A DNA stretch of 41,548 bases from a virus. Taxonomy: Duplodnaviria > Caudoviricetes. Position 1 is the stretch's first letter. Each line of letters opens with the position of its first letter. The stretch lies in IMG/VR virus record IMGVR_UViG_3300044771_000029, positions 1-41,548 of that record, one strand, 5' to 3'. The notes beneath the pieces were generated by a model. It worked only from the letters and a program-made list of their open reading frames with translations. It had not been told where the DNA came from and searched no databases. The position numbers and the translations under genes were made by a program. This document shows positions 1 to 7,524 of the stretch, one piece after another.

Positions 1-31
1 ACTGCTCTTTTGCTGATCGTGCATTTGACAT
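1..31 (-). CDS. 5' fragment of a second copy of the 129-aa DGR target gene (runs off the left edge)
   Basis: Bases 1-99 are identical to 419-517 (offset 418), including the ATG at 29-31 and the AGGAGG RBS. Confidence 0.85.
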   Translation of the reverse strand, partial: MSNARSAKEQ

Positions 32-59
32 GTTCGAACCTCCTGAAATAACTGAATGA

Positions 60-449
60 TTAAATTTCTAAACTGCGGACGAGCACGCCGCTAAGCTTGT
101 TGTACTTGCCATTGGTGCCCTGAATGCCATAGTTGAAGTACTGACACCAAGCGTCGTAAGCGTGAGAGGCGGACTGCTCACACGACCAAAATACGCCACT
201 TTTGAAGCGTTCCTGAGAGCGCAGATTGACGCGAATCAGACCGAGTTCGCGCAGGGATGCTGAGCGGTAGCCGTGTTTCTTGGCGCAATCGATGACCTGT
301 TGAAAGGTGGAGTTTTCAACCTTGATGCGCGACACGCACAGATGAGAATCTGCCGCTCCGTTATCTCCCAGCAAGATTCCGGCATAGTCCTCATCGGGAC
401 GCATGTTGTCTTTCAAAAACTGCTCTTTTGCTGATCGTGCATTTGACAT
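60..449 (-). CDS. DGR target protein A, DUF1566/C-type-lectin-like, with C-terminal variable region
   Basis: C-terminal motif FWSCEQ..AW.QYF..G.Q....K......VR is typical of DUF1566-type targets. The 3' ~115 bp is shared with two other genes. Confidence 0.85.
   Translation of the reverse strand: MSNARSAKEQFLKDNMRPDEDYAGILLGDNGAADSHLCVSRIKVENSTFQQVIDCAKKHGYRSASLRELGLIRVNLRSQERFKSGVFWSCEQSASHAYDAWCQYFNYGIQGTNGKYNKLSGVLVRSLEI
63..177 (-). repeat. DGR variable repeat VR-A with invariant 3' IMH-like end
   Basis: Aligns without gaps to 481-595 and 41320-41434. Differences are confined to 99-164 and fall almost all at codon positions 1-2 of NNC/NNT codons. Confidence 0.9.
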
Positions 450-477
450 GTTCGAACCTCCTGAAATAACTGAATGA

Positions 478-1089
478 TTAAATTTCTAAACTGCGGACGA
501 GCACGCCGCTAAGCTTGCGGTACTTGCTATTGGTGATCTGAAGGCCACTGTAGAAGTGCTGACACCAAGCGTAGCCAGCGTAAGAGGCGGACTGCGTAGA
601 TGTCCAATAGGCATCCGCATCAAACGCTTCGCTGCCGCCTTGCTGGAATGCCTCTGCAAGCGTCTGTGCAGGGAAATCTGGCGTGTAAGGTGGTGTCGGC
701 ACAATGGCGCTCAGATTGATTCCGGAGCGCATGTAGAGAGAGTTTGTGTCAGTCGTTGGCTTGAGGTTGCGATAGACGATTTCAGCAACGTCTTGCGCAG
801 CCACGCACCAGTCATCCTGTCCCCCTGCGCGGAAGTCGAGTGCGAACTGAGCCAGTGGGCTACCCGCTGCGGCCATCGACAGGGTATTTGCCATGCTGTC
901 GTGTACGGACAGCGCACCTTCGACGCTCTTGTAGTTGGTATTCCAGCACATCGGATCATGGCGACTCTCAGCCTTTGACGGGACGATGATGGCAAAGGTT
1001 TTTACGTTGGCTTGATAGCGCCCGGCATAGAACCCTCCGCCCATGGCAGTTCCGAGGATTGTTGGTATTTCTGCGACTGATGATTTCAT
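478..1089 (-). CDS. DGR target protein B, DUF1566/C-type-lectin-like, 203 aa
   Basis: GGFYAG N-terminus and YWTSTQ..AW.QHF..G.Q...K......VR C-terminus. It shares only the VR with target A. Confidence 0.85.
   Translation of the reverse strand: MKSSVAEIPTILGTAMGGGFYAGRYQANVKTFAIIVPSKAESRHDPMCWNTNYKSVEGALSVHDSMANTLSMAAAGSPLAQFALDFRAGGQDDWCVAAQDVAEIVYRNLKPTTDTNSLYMRSGINLSAIVPTPPYTPDFPAQTLAEAFQQGGSEAFDADAYWTSTQSASYAGYAWCQHFYSGLQITNSKYRKLSGVLVRSLEI
481..595 (-). repeat. DGR variable repeat VR-B
   Basis: Gap-free alignment to VR-A and VR-C, with variable codons at 517-582. Confidence 0.9.
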
Positions 1090-1110
1090 GAATTCTCCTT
1101 TGGTTTGTTT

Positions 1111-1512
1111 TCAACTAACTACAACTGCATACCTCACCCCGCACGGATGCACGAGGCGCAACACTTTTTCCTCACCCTTCACCATCGGCGTTATGTGATC
1201 CATCTCGCACTCATCCGGATCGATGCCGAGGTGCTCCAACTGCTGAACTTCATCTATCAACTGGGTCAATCCGTTCCATTTGGAAGGGTTGGTAAGGGGA
1301 TGGATGGCCGGATACTCCAGCACCGCGTGCACCTCCTCCCACGGCACCGGGCAGCCATCCACCACCGCATCGCAGCGACCGGTTACCAGGTGCAGTGGAA
1401 CCAGCAGCAGAGTGCCCATGCGCGCGGCGATCAGGTGGTGGAAGGCGCGGTACACTTGGCTGTCGGCAGCGAACAGGCGCAGGCGTTCGATGGGGAAGAA
1501 GGGTGAGTTCAT
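1111..1512 (-). CDS. Hypothetical protein, 133 aa
   Basis: ATG at 1510-1512 overlaps the upstream TGA (ATGA coupling). Confidence 0.7.
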   Translation of the reverse strand: MNSPFFPIERLRLFAADSQVYRAFHHLIAARMGTLLLVPLHLVTGRCDAVVDGCPVPWEEVHAVLEYPAIHPLTNPSKWNGLTQLIDEVQQLEHLGIDPDECEMDHITPMVKGEEKVLRLVHPCGVRYAVVVS

Positions 1513-3308
1513 TCTGTGATCCTCGCCAGATTCATCGCCACCGCCACCGGCCGCACCCAGATCGGTGTCAGCGCCAGCGGCAGGGTTCCGCCTGTCCATG
1601 CCAGCAGCAGGGTGCGTCCCATTTCGCTGGCGATGGCTTGTGCAGCTGGTGCCGGTACCGCGTTTCCGATGCGCTCGCGCCATGCCTGGTCGCTGAGACC
1701 GTCCAGTTCGAGCTGCTCTTCCGGATCCACGAGGCCTTGCAGCGCGGCCAGTTCCAGCGTGGTGAAGGGGCGGTGCCAGGTGCCGTCCAGCGAGCGGATG
1801 ATGGCGATTAGCTTCTCGGCGGCTTCTGGCATGCGCGGGTCGGCCACGGACCAGTTGCCGTTGTCGTGGCAGGCGGAGCCGCTCACCGCGAAGCTGGTCT
1901 CGTCCCAGCCCACCACGCCGTAGTGCCCACCTGTGAGGTAGTTGTCGCCCTTGCCGCGACTCATGGCGCGCGGGTCGGCCACGGCGAACGCACCTTGTCC
2001 GGTGGTGCTGCCGCTGATCACGGTGTTGCAGGAAGAGTCGAACGGCGTGACCTTGTACTTGCCCTTGCCGCCGAAGCCGGTGTGTGATCGAGGATCCGCG
2101 ACCGACATCGCGCCCCCTGCCACATGGGTGCTGCCTGCCACCACGTTGCTGTGCTTGTCCCAGTGCACCACGCGGTACAGGTTGTAGTGCCGCGAGGCGG
2201 ATGGGGGCATGCGCGGATCCGCGATGGTGTACTTGCCGCCGCCCGGTGCGGATTGGCCGCTGACTGCGCCCATCGGCTCGTCGTAATTAAGCACGCCGTA
2301 CTGGCTGTACTCGTGGCCGTTGTAGCGCGGGTCTGCAATCGAGAACGCCCCATTCAGCGGCAGGCTGCGCCCGACCACGGCACCGGTCTTCTCTTCCCAC
2401 TTGCGCACGCCCAGCACCGTGTTCTGCAACTCCGGGCAGATCAGGTAGTCGCGCAGCGCCCCATCCTCCACCGCCAGTTTGTTCAGGCTGCGCCAATCGC
2501 TGCCAGCCTCCACGAAGGCCAGCCGTACCCATGTCTTCCATTGCAGGGAAGGCACGCGGTGCATCGGGCCTGCGCGCAGGTCGCCGGGCAGCAGCATCCT
2601 GCCCAGTACGCTGCCCACGGATTGCAGCGGCTTCTTCATCGGTTCGTAGAGGAAGTGCGGAACCTTGCCGGTGTGGCGGGCCACCAGCAGGAAGCGCTTG
2701 CGGCTCTGCGCCAACCCGCCGATCTCGCCGCAGTCGTGCGTGGTCTCGGCGGTGGCGTAGCCATAGGCGCGCAGCAGATCCACGATCTGGTCCAGCAGGT
2801 GGCGCCCACGGTTGGCGATGCGCGGCACGTTTTCGAAGATGATCAACTCTGCCGGATCGTCGGCGAAGGCCTCCAGCATCAGCCACACGCCGCGCACTGT
2901 CAGCCGGTTCAGCGCCTGGTACTTGTCCGTCTTGCTCTTGCCCTCAGAAAGCAGTCCGGAGAAACCCTTGCACGGGGCAGAAAGGAAAACGATGTGCGGG
3001 CGCTCGTTGCCGGCCGCACGCTGGATGTCCACCGGAGTGGCTTCGCGCCAGCTGGCGGACGGCTCTTTGCCGTGGAAGTCGGTGTACTGGTCCCGGTCGA
3101 ACATATCCAGCACGGTTCCGGGCGTGCCGGAGAGGCGGTTGAAGTCCTTGATCGCGGCAGCATCCACGTCTACGCCGCCAAGGCAGCGGAACTTTGCCTG
3201 AGCGTTGCCGACGCGCGCCTGCCCGGCGTTGAACCCGGCAGCGCCGCCGCCGAGGCCGCAGAAGAGGTGGAAGTGGCGGATTTCGTGGGTGGTGATGGGG
3301 CTTCTCAT
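1509..3308 (-). CDS. DNA (cytosine-C5) methyltransferase with repeat-expanded variable region
   Basis: Motif I FHLFCGLGG, IV SAPCKGFS, VI ENV, VIII QSRKR and X GNAV are present, plus five ADPR-terminated repeats. Confidence 0.93.
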   Translation of the reverse strand: MRSPITTHEIRHFHLFCGLGGGAAGFNAGQARVGNAQAKFRCLGGVDVDAAAIKDFNRLSGTPGTVLDMFDRDQYTDFHGKEPSASWREATPVDIQRAAGNERPHIVFLSAPCKGFSGLLSEGKSKTDKYQALNRLTVRGVWLMLEAFADDPAELIIFENVPRIANRGRHLLDQIVDLLRAYGYATAETTHDCGEIGGLAQSRKRFLLVARHTGKVPHFLYEPMKKPLQSVGSVLGRMLLPGDLRAGPMHRVPSLQWKTWVRLAFVEAGSDWRSLNKLAVEDGALRDYLICPELQNTVLGVRKWEEKTGAVVGRSLPLNGAFSIADPRYNGHEYSQYGVLNYDEPMGAVSGQSAPGGGKYTIADPRMPPSASRHYNLYRVVHWDKHSNVVAGSTHVAGGAMSVADPRSHTGFGGKGKYKVTPFDSSCNTVISGSTTGQGAFAVADPRAMSRGKGDNYLTGGHYGVVGWDETSFAVSGSACHDNGNWSVADPRMPEAAEKLIAIIRSLDGTWHRPFTTLELAALQGLVDPEEQLELDGLSDQAWRERIGNAVPAPAAQAIASEMGRTLLLAWTGGTLPLALTPIWVRPVAVAMNLARITE

Positions 3309-3449
3309 TCAGTTTTCCTCTTCTTCGTTGATTTCTTCAGCCGCCGCCAAACAATGCACACACTCGTCAGAGCTGGCATCTGCATCCAGCAGGTCATCGA
3401 TATCGCCATTGCAAGAGCAGGCTTGGCCGCAGTCTGGACAGGTATGCAT
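3309..3449 (-). CDS. Small Cys-rich acidic protein, 46 aa (not in ORF track)
   Basis: Manual translation MHTCPDCGQACSCNGDIDDLLDADASSDECVHCLAAAEEINEEEEN. It fills the gap between its neighbours and has a GGAGG RBS. Confidence 0.75.
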   Translation of the reverse strand: MHTCPDCGQACSCNGDIDDLLDADASSDECVHCLAAAEEINEEEEN

Positions 3450-3450
3450 G

Positions 3451-3792
3451 TCAGGCCTCCTTCACAGGAAAGCTGCCGGTGCTTTCTACGCCCAGGTACA
3501 ACTGATGCTCGTCAAACACCTCCGCCAATGCTTCCGCTCTCCGGTAGCGCAGCATCATCCCCAGGTAAAAGGCATTGGCCACGACGACGAACACGCCGCC
3601 GTAGAAACTGAGCGGCTGGTTCAGCGCCGGGTAGTAGTACATGTTCCACACACCCCACAGCAGGAAGAAACCGGAGCTGGTGAGCGAGACACCGCGCACC
3701 TGCTTGTGGGCGTGGAGGATGCGGCAGTGATTGAGGACGAAGAAACCGGCCATGAGTTCGAACAGGCCGTTGATGAGGTCGGCGGTGATCAT
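3451..3792 (-). CDS. Small three-helix membrane protein, PQ-loop/SemiSWEET-like
   Basis: Three hydrophobic segments with K.V.GVS after the first helix and W..YY at the end of the second. ATGA-coupled start. Confidence 0.55.
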   Translation of the reverse strand: MITADLINGLFELMAGFFVLNHCRILHAHKQVRGVSLTSSGFFLLWGVWNMYYYPALNQPLSFYGGVFVVVANAFYLGMMLRYRRAEALAEVFDEHQLYLGVESTGSFPVKEA

Positions 3793-4103
3793 GTCGGCAT
3801 CCCCACCTTCGCGATCAATCCGTCCACTCCCTCCAGCCACACGTCGTAAGTTGTGCATTTGCATGCAGCGCGCAGGGATTCGATGTTTCCTTTTGAAGTT
3901 TGCAGTAGCTCCAAAACCTCATCCATCAGCTCCATCTTCTTCTGCATGGCGTTGTTGCTGTCGGTCAGCTTCACCGCGATGTCGTAGATGGTGGGAAACG
4001 CCTCGTACATCTTGATTTGAAACTGCTGGAATTCGCGCGAAGTCGTGCCATTGGCTCTGGCCGCGTCGTGCATCCTCTTCAAGGTGTCCATATTGATGCC
4101 CAT
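3789..4103 (-). CDS. Hypothetical protein
   Basis: Open frame coupled to both neighbours, GGAGGG RBS. Confidence 0.7.
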   Translation of the reverse strand: MGINMDTLKRMHDAARANGTTSREFQQFQIKMYEAFPTIYDIAVKLTDSNNAMQKKMELMDEVLELLQTSKGNIESLRAACKCTTYDVWLEGVDGLIAKVGMPT

Positions 4104-4675
4104 CACACCCTCCCCATCAAGTCGTCCCACATCAACAAAAACTCCCGCTCCGCCTTCTCCGGATGCCAGGGGTTGATCACCTCCGGCAGCGGCTCAATGC
4201 CGGTGAGCAGCGTCCATTCGTCGTCATGCGGGGGCATCAGGTCGCGCTGCTCGGTGGCCAGCATCACCAGGTCGGCGTGCTTCACGATCTTGGGCAGCGG
4301 GTGTGGGATGCGGAAGGCGGAAAACAAGGCGGCTTCGGTGCGCGCTTCGATCACCTTGTAGTCCGGCAGCAACTGCTTCAGCGGGCGGGTGATGTCGCCC
4401 AGATAGGCCTCGGCTGCGTCATGCAGCAGCCCGGCGCGGCCGTGGTCGATGATGTCCGCCACGGCTGCCTGGCGCACGCAGATGCGCGCCACCATCACCG
4501 AATGCTGCGCCACGCTGTAAAACTCGCGGGTGTGCCCGGCGAAGCGGCACACGTTGCTCAGGGCGTGGGCGATGTCGAGGATGTCGAACGTGTTGTTTTT
4601 CGGGTTGAGGAAATCGAAATACTCGCCACGGAAAGTGAGAATGTCAGGGCGGATGTGAGGGTCTGGTGCGTTCAT
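4103..4675 (-). CDS. HD-domain phosphohydrolase (YfbR/YfdR-like 5'-deoxynucleotidase)
   Basis: DIAHALS..CRFAGH...YSVAQHS and LLHDAAEAYLGD motifs. Confidence 0.9.
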   Translation of the reverse strand: MNAPDPHIRPDILTFRGEYFDFLNPKNNTFDILDIAHALSNVCRFAGHTREFYSVAQHSVMVARICVRQAAVADIIDHGRAGLLHDAAEAYLGDITRPLKQLLPDYKVIEARTEAALFSAFRIPHPLPKIVKHADLVMLATEQRDLMPPHDDEWTLLTGIEPLPEVINPWHPEKAEREFLLMWDDLMGRV

Positions 4676-5190
4676 GCTGGTATCCCTTCAAATTGAGTTT
4701 TCCCGCAGATCGCGGGTGAATGAAAGACCTTGCGGGTGGTTTCCTCGGCGTGCAGCAGCCTGAACTGCTGAATGGCGCTGTTCATGGTGTTCACGTCCAT
4801 GCGCGGCAGCAGCTCTTCGGCCTTGTAGATCCCGGCCAGAATGGCGGCACGCTCCAGCTCGCGCAGCTCCCACACGCCGGTGGCGTCGCCGCGCTTGCCT
4901 GCCTCGTTCAAGGTACGCATCGCCCCCTCGATCACCAGCTTGGCGGCTTCCGAATCCCTGGGCGGGCGCAGCTCCAGCGCACCCCACACGCAGTTGATCG
5001 CCTGCCCGATGCGGTCGTACTGGTGGGTGTTGAACACACCCAGCTCGGCGGCAGCGATGGCGCTGTGCAGCACGATGCCGAACTCGTCGCGCAGGCCTTT
5101 CATCACTGGGATGCTGATGTGCTTCGGGGTGTAGCGCTTGGTGCGCGCAGGCTTGCGGCTTTTTTTGCGGTGGTTATCGCGGGAGCTCAT
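4672..5190 (-). CDS. Hypothetical phage protein
   Basis: Coupled ORF with a basic N-terminus and helical body. Confidence 0.7.
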   Translation of the reverse strand: MSSRDNHRKKSRKPARTKRYTPKHISIPVMKGLRDEFGIVLHSAIAAAELGVFNTHQYDRIGQAINCVWGALELRPPRDSEAAKLVIEGAMRTLNEAGKRGDATGVWELRELERAAILAGIYKAEELLPRMDVNTMNSAIQQFRLLHAEETTRKVFHSPAICGKTQFEGIPA

Positions 5191-5501
5191 TCTGTCGCTT
5201 CCTTCAGCGGGGGGATAAGCAGCGTGCGGATAACCTCGGCGGGATATAACTGCCCCTCTTGCAGGTTAATCTCGATAGTGGGCGTGGCGAGGCCGGTAGC
5301 AACGTCGATGCCTAACTGCTCGATCGCATCGTAGGTGCGCTCCACAATGTCCAGAATCCGCGCTTTCTCGGACGCTGGAATGTTTGCAAATGCCTTGATT
5401 AAATCGACGGCCGGTGCCAGATCGAGTGCGCACTTGATCAGCACGGCCACCTTCTGCTCGCGGCAGTCGCAGGCGTGGTGGTGGGTTGTGCAGCGGCTCA
5501 T
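5187..5501 (-). CDS. Hypothetical protein with N-terminal CTTHHHACDC motif
   Basis: ATGA-coupled start at 5499-5501. Confidence 0.7.
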   Translation of the reverse strand: MSRCTTHHHACDCREQKVAVLIKCALDLAPAVDLIKAFANIPASEKARILDIVERTYDAIEQLGIDVATGLATPTIEINLQEGQLYPAEVIRTLLIPPLKEATE

Positions 5502-5998
5502 ACGTTCCCCGCCTTCTTCAACCCGTGGCGCTTGATGATGTACTGGAACAGGTCGCCGCCGTTCTGGAAGAAGCTGTGCGGCTCTTGGCGAGTTTCGAAG
5601 CACAGGCGAATCACGTTCATGCAATGCTCGAAGTTGACGCCATCCAGCGACCACAAATCATCGACCAGCCCCACCTTCACAACCCGGCTGTTGTAGAGAG
5701 ACACCAACACCTTGGCGATCACCGTCGAGCCGCTGCCATATTCCCGCATGGCGTAATTGACCAGATATTCCAGGCTGTCCTGCCACAGTTTGATGTCGTC
5801 CTTGCGCAACGCCTGCGCCTTCTCGTAGGTGTCAGAATGCATCCAGGCGTGCAGCTTCTTCACTTCCGGCTCCGAAAGCGTCATCTTTACCTCGATCCTG
5901 GCCTTCGGATCGGTATCGCGCTCCAGTGCTTCGATGCCTTTCATCACCACCTCAAGAGTTGGTGTAGGGATTTCCATGTCCAGAGTTGCTTGGTTCAT
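5498..5998 (-). CDS. Conserved hypothetical phage protein
   Basis: Coupled ORF. The SG..IA..L.SLYN...LD......C...EPH.FF.NG pattern recalls a mobile-element protein family. Confidence 0.7.
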   Translation of the reverse strand: MNQATLDMEIPTPTLEVVMKGIEALERDTDPKARIEVKMTLSEPEVKKLHAWMHSDTYEKAQALRKDDIKLWQDSLEYLVNYAMREYGSGSTVIAKVLVSLYNSRVVKVGLVDDLWSLDGVNFEHCMNVIRLCFETRQEPHSFFQNGGDLFQYIIKRHGLKKAGNV

Positions 5999-6690
5999 GC
6001 CCCCACCCTCCCCTCAAACCGCTTCCGCAGATCCGCAATCCGCACCCTCGGCCTGCCGTTCATAGCGCGGTCGGTGGTCAGCAGCGCGGTATCCATCTCC
6101 TCGCGGTCCACGCGGGTGTAGATCTCGGTGCTGCGGCGGCTCTTCTGCCCGAGGGATACCTGGGCGATGCGCATCGGGTCTGCCGCCTGGCTCTCGCGGA
6201 TGATGTTCTTGGCGTGGGTATGGCGCAGCCAGTGGGGGGAAACACCTTCCGGCAGGCCCGCCAGCTTGGCCCAGTGCGCCACGCGCAGCTCGAATGCCCG
6301 CACCGTCATGGCAGACCAGCCGCGCTCTTTGCTCTTGCGCGATACGATCAGCGCCTCGTCCATCTCGGCCCCTTCGCGCAACGACAGCAGATCCAGCAGC
6401 GCGGCGCGGATGGTGGTGGTGACCAGTTGAGAAAGATCGGCCACCTCTCCCTTGCGATGCTCCTTGGGGATGAAGAAGTAGTTCGTGTCCAGCGCGGAAA
6501 CAGCATCGCCAACCGATGTCTTGAGCAGCTCGCCGATGCGGAAGCCACCCGCGATCAACAAGCAGCACACGGCATGGTCGCGCTTGGCGATGAGGTCGGA
6601 AAACTGGCGGATCGTGCCCAGGAACTTCGGCTGTTCACTCTTGGTGAGGAAGCGCCGGAAGACGCCCTCGGGTTCGTTCTGATGTTGCAT
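5995..6690 (-). CDS. Short tyrosine recombinase (catalytic domain only)
   Basis: RD.A...LL...GFRIGE, HWLRH and LGQ...STEIY motifs. AAAGGAG RBS before the ATG at 6688-6690. Confidence 0.88.
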   Translation of the reverse strand: MQHQNEPEGVFRRFLTKSEQPKFLGTIRQFSDLIAKRDHAVCCLLIAGGFRIGELLKTSVGDAVSALDTNYFFIPKEHRKGEVADLSQLVTTTIRAALLDLLSLREGAEMDEALIVSRKSKERGWSAMTVRAFELRVAHWAKLAGLPEGVSPHWLRHTHAKNIIRESQAADPMRIAQVSLGQKSRRSTEIYTRVDREEMDTALLTTDRAMNGRPRVRIADLRKRFEGRVGA

Positions 6691-6733
6691 CGCTCGCTCC
6701 TTTTTCAAATGCCCATCCGGGCGGGTAAAACAG

Positions 6734-6871
6734 TTATCTCGGCAACGTATCGCGCGCCAGACTGAGCGCCGTGCCGATATCGTGGCCGCGGCGCAGGTAG
6801 AACCAGGTGTTGCATACGAACTCGTGTGCGGCGATGGAGGCCCTCTCGATGCGGCGGATCAGGCGGCGCAC
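6734..6871 (-). CDS. Small hypothetical protein, 45 aa (not in ORF track)
   Basis: GTG start after GAGGTG. Translation MRRLIRRIERASIAAHEFVCNTWFYLRRGHDIGTALSLARDTLPR. Confidence 0.6.
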   Translation of the reverse strand: MRRLIRRIERASIAAHEFVCNTWFYLRRGHDIGTALSLARDTLPR

Positions 6872-7068
6872 GGCATCACCTCATCCAGTTGCGCGCTGGC
6901 GGCGCGGATGAATTCCAGGGCGGTCTCGTGCTTGCCATCGGAAAGCGCCGAGAAGGCGTTATCCACATGCCCCTGCACGCTGATCAGCTTCACCCGGCAA
7001 CCCTGCTCCCGCGCGATGCGGTTCACCTCGGCCAACCGCATCTGCGGATTTATCGGTACTGATTTCAT
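6859..7068 (-). CDS. Hypothetical protein, 69 aa
   Basis: Operon-coupled ORF. Confidence 0.65.
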   Translation of the reverse strand: MKSVPINPQMRLAEVNRIAREQGCRVKLISVQGHVDNAFSALSDGKHETALEFIRAASAQLDEVMPCAA

Positions 7069-7160
7069 CTCACCCCCTTCGCAAAATCATTTAGCTGGAT
7101 AATGATCACCAGCAGCGCACCAACAAAGACGCCGGCAAGAAAACTCATGTATTCGCACAT
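7065..7160 (-). CDS. Small single-pass membrane peptide, 31 aa (not in ORF track)
   Basis: MCEYMSFLAGVFVGALLVIIIQLNDFAKGVR. GAGGA RBS, and its TGA overlaps the next ATG. Confidence 0.6.
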   Translation of the reverse strand: MCEYMSFLAGVFVGALLVIIIQLNDFAKGVR

Positions 7161-7345
7161 TTCCTCTTCCTCCCCATCGATCCAAGCGCGACCGCCTCAT
7201 GTTTCAGGCTGATGCTGAGATGGCGTATCTGCATCACCTCATCGAACTCCCTTTTCAAACCACTGCGCCGATAAGCCTCGCGCAGCAGATGTTCCGGCAC
7301 CTCTACTTGCCCGATCGGAAGGGCGAGCTGTTGTTGTTTGCGCAT
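7145..7345 (-). CDS. Hypothetical protein, 66 aa
   Basis: GGAGGGA RBS before the ATG at 7343-7345. Confidence 0.65.
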   Translation of the reverse strand: MRKQQQLALPIGQVEVPEHLLREAYRRSGLKREFDEVMQIRHLSISLKHEAVALGSMGRKRKCANT

Positions 7346-7524
7346 GGCTGCTTCCCTCCGGATAAAAAGCGGGCTTCCAACTCGGGGCGAAAAAACGTGA
7401 TAAAGGCGCGGCTGATGCTCAAGGCTTCGCCGGGCTGCAGGTTGTCGGTCAGGGTGGTGATGCCGTGCTTGGCGACGGCGGCCGGTACATGCCGTTCGCC
7501 CTGATCCTGTCGAAGGGTGATCAT
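7303..7524 (-). CDS. Hypothetical protein with REP-derived N-terminus
   Basis: ATGA-coupled to the CII-like gene. It overlaps the next ORF by 43 bp. Confidence 0.45.
   Translation of the reverse strand: MITLRQDQGERHVPAAVAKHGITTLTDNLQPGEALSISRAFITFFRPELEARFLSGGKQPCANNNSSPFRSGK
7492..7517. repeat. REP-like palindrome family A, copy 1
   Basis: CCGTTCGCCCTGATCCTGTCGAAGGG, related to 19254-19279, 20505-20530 and 28943-28968. Confidence 0.8.
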
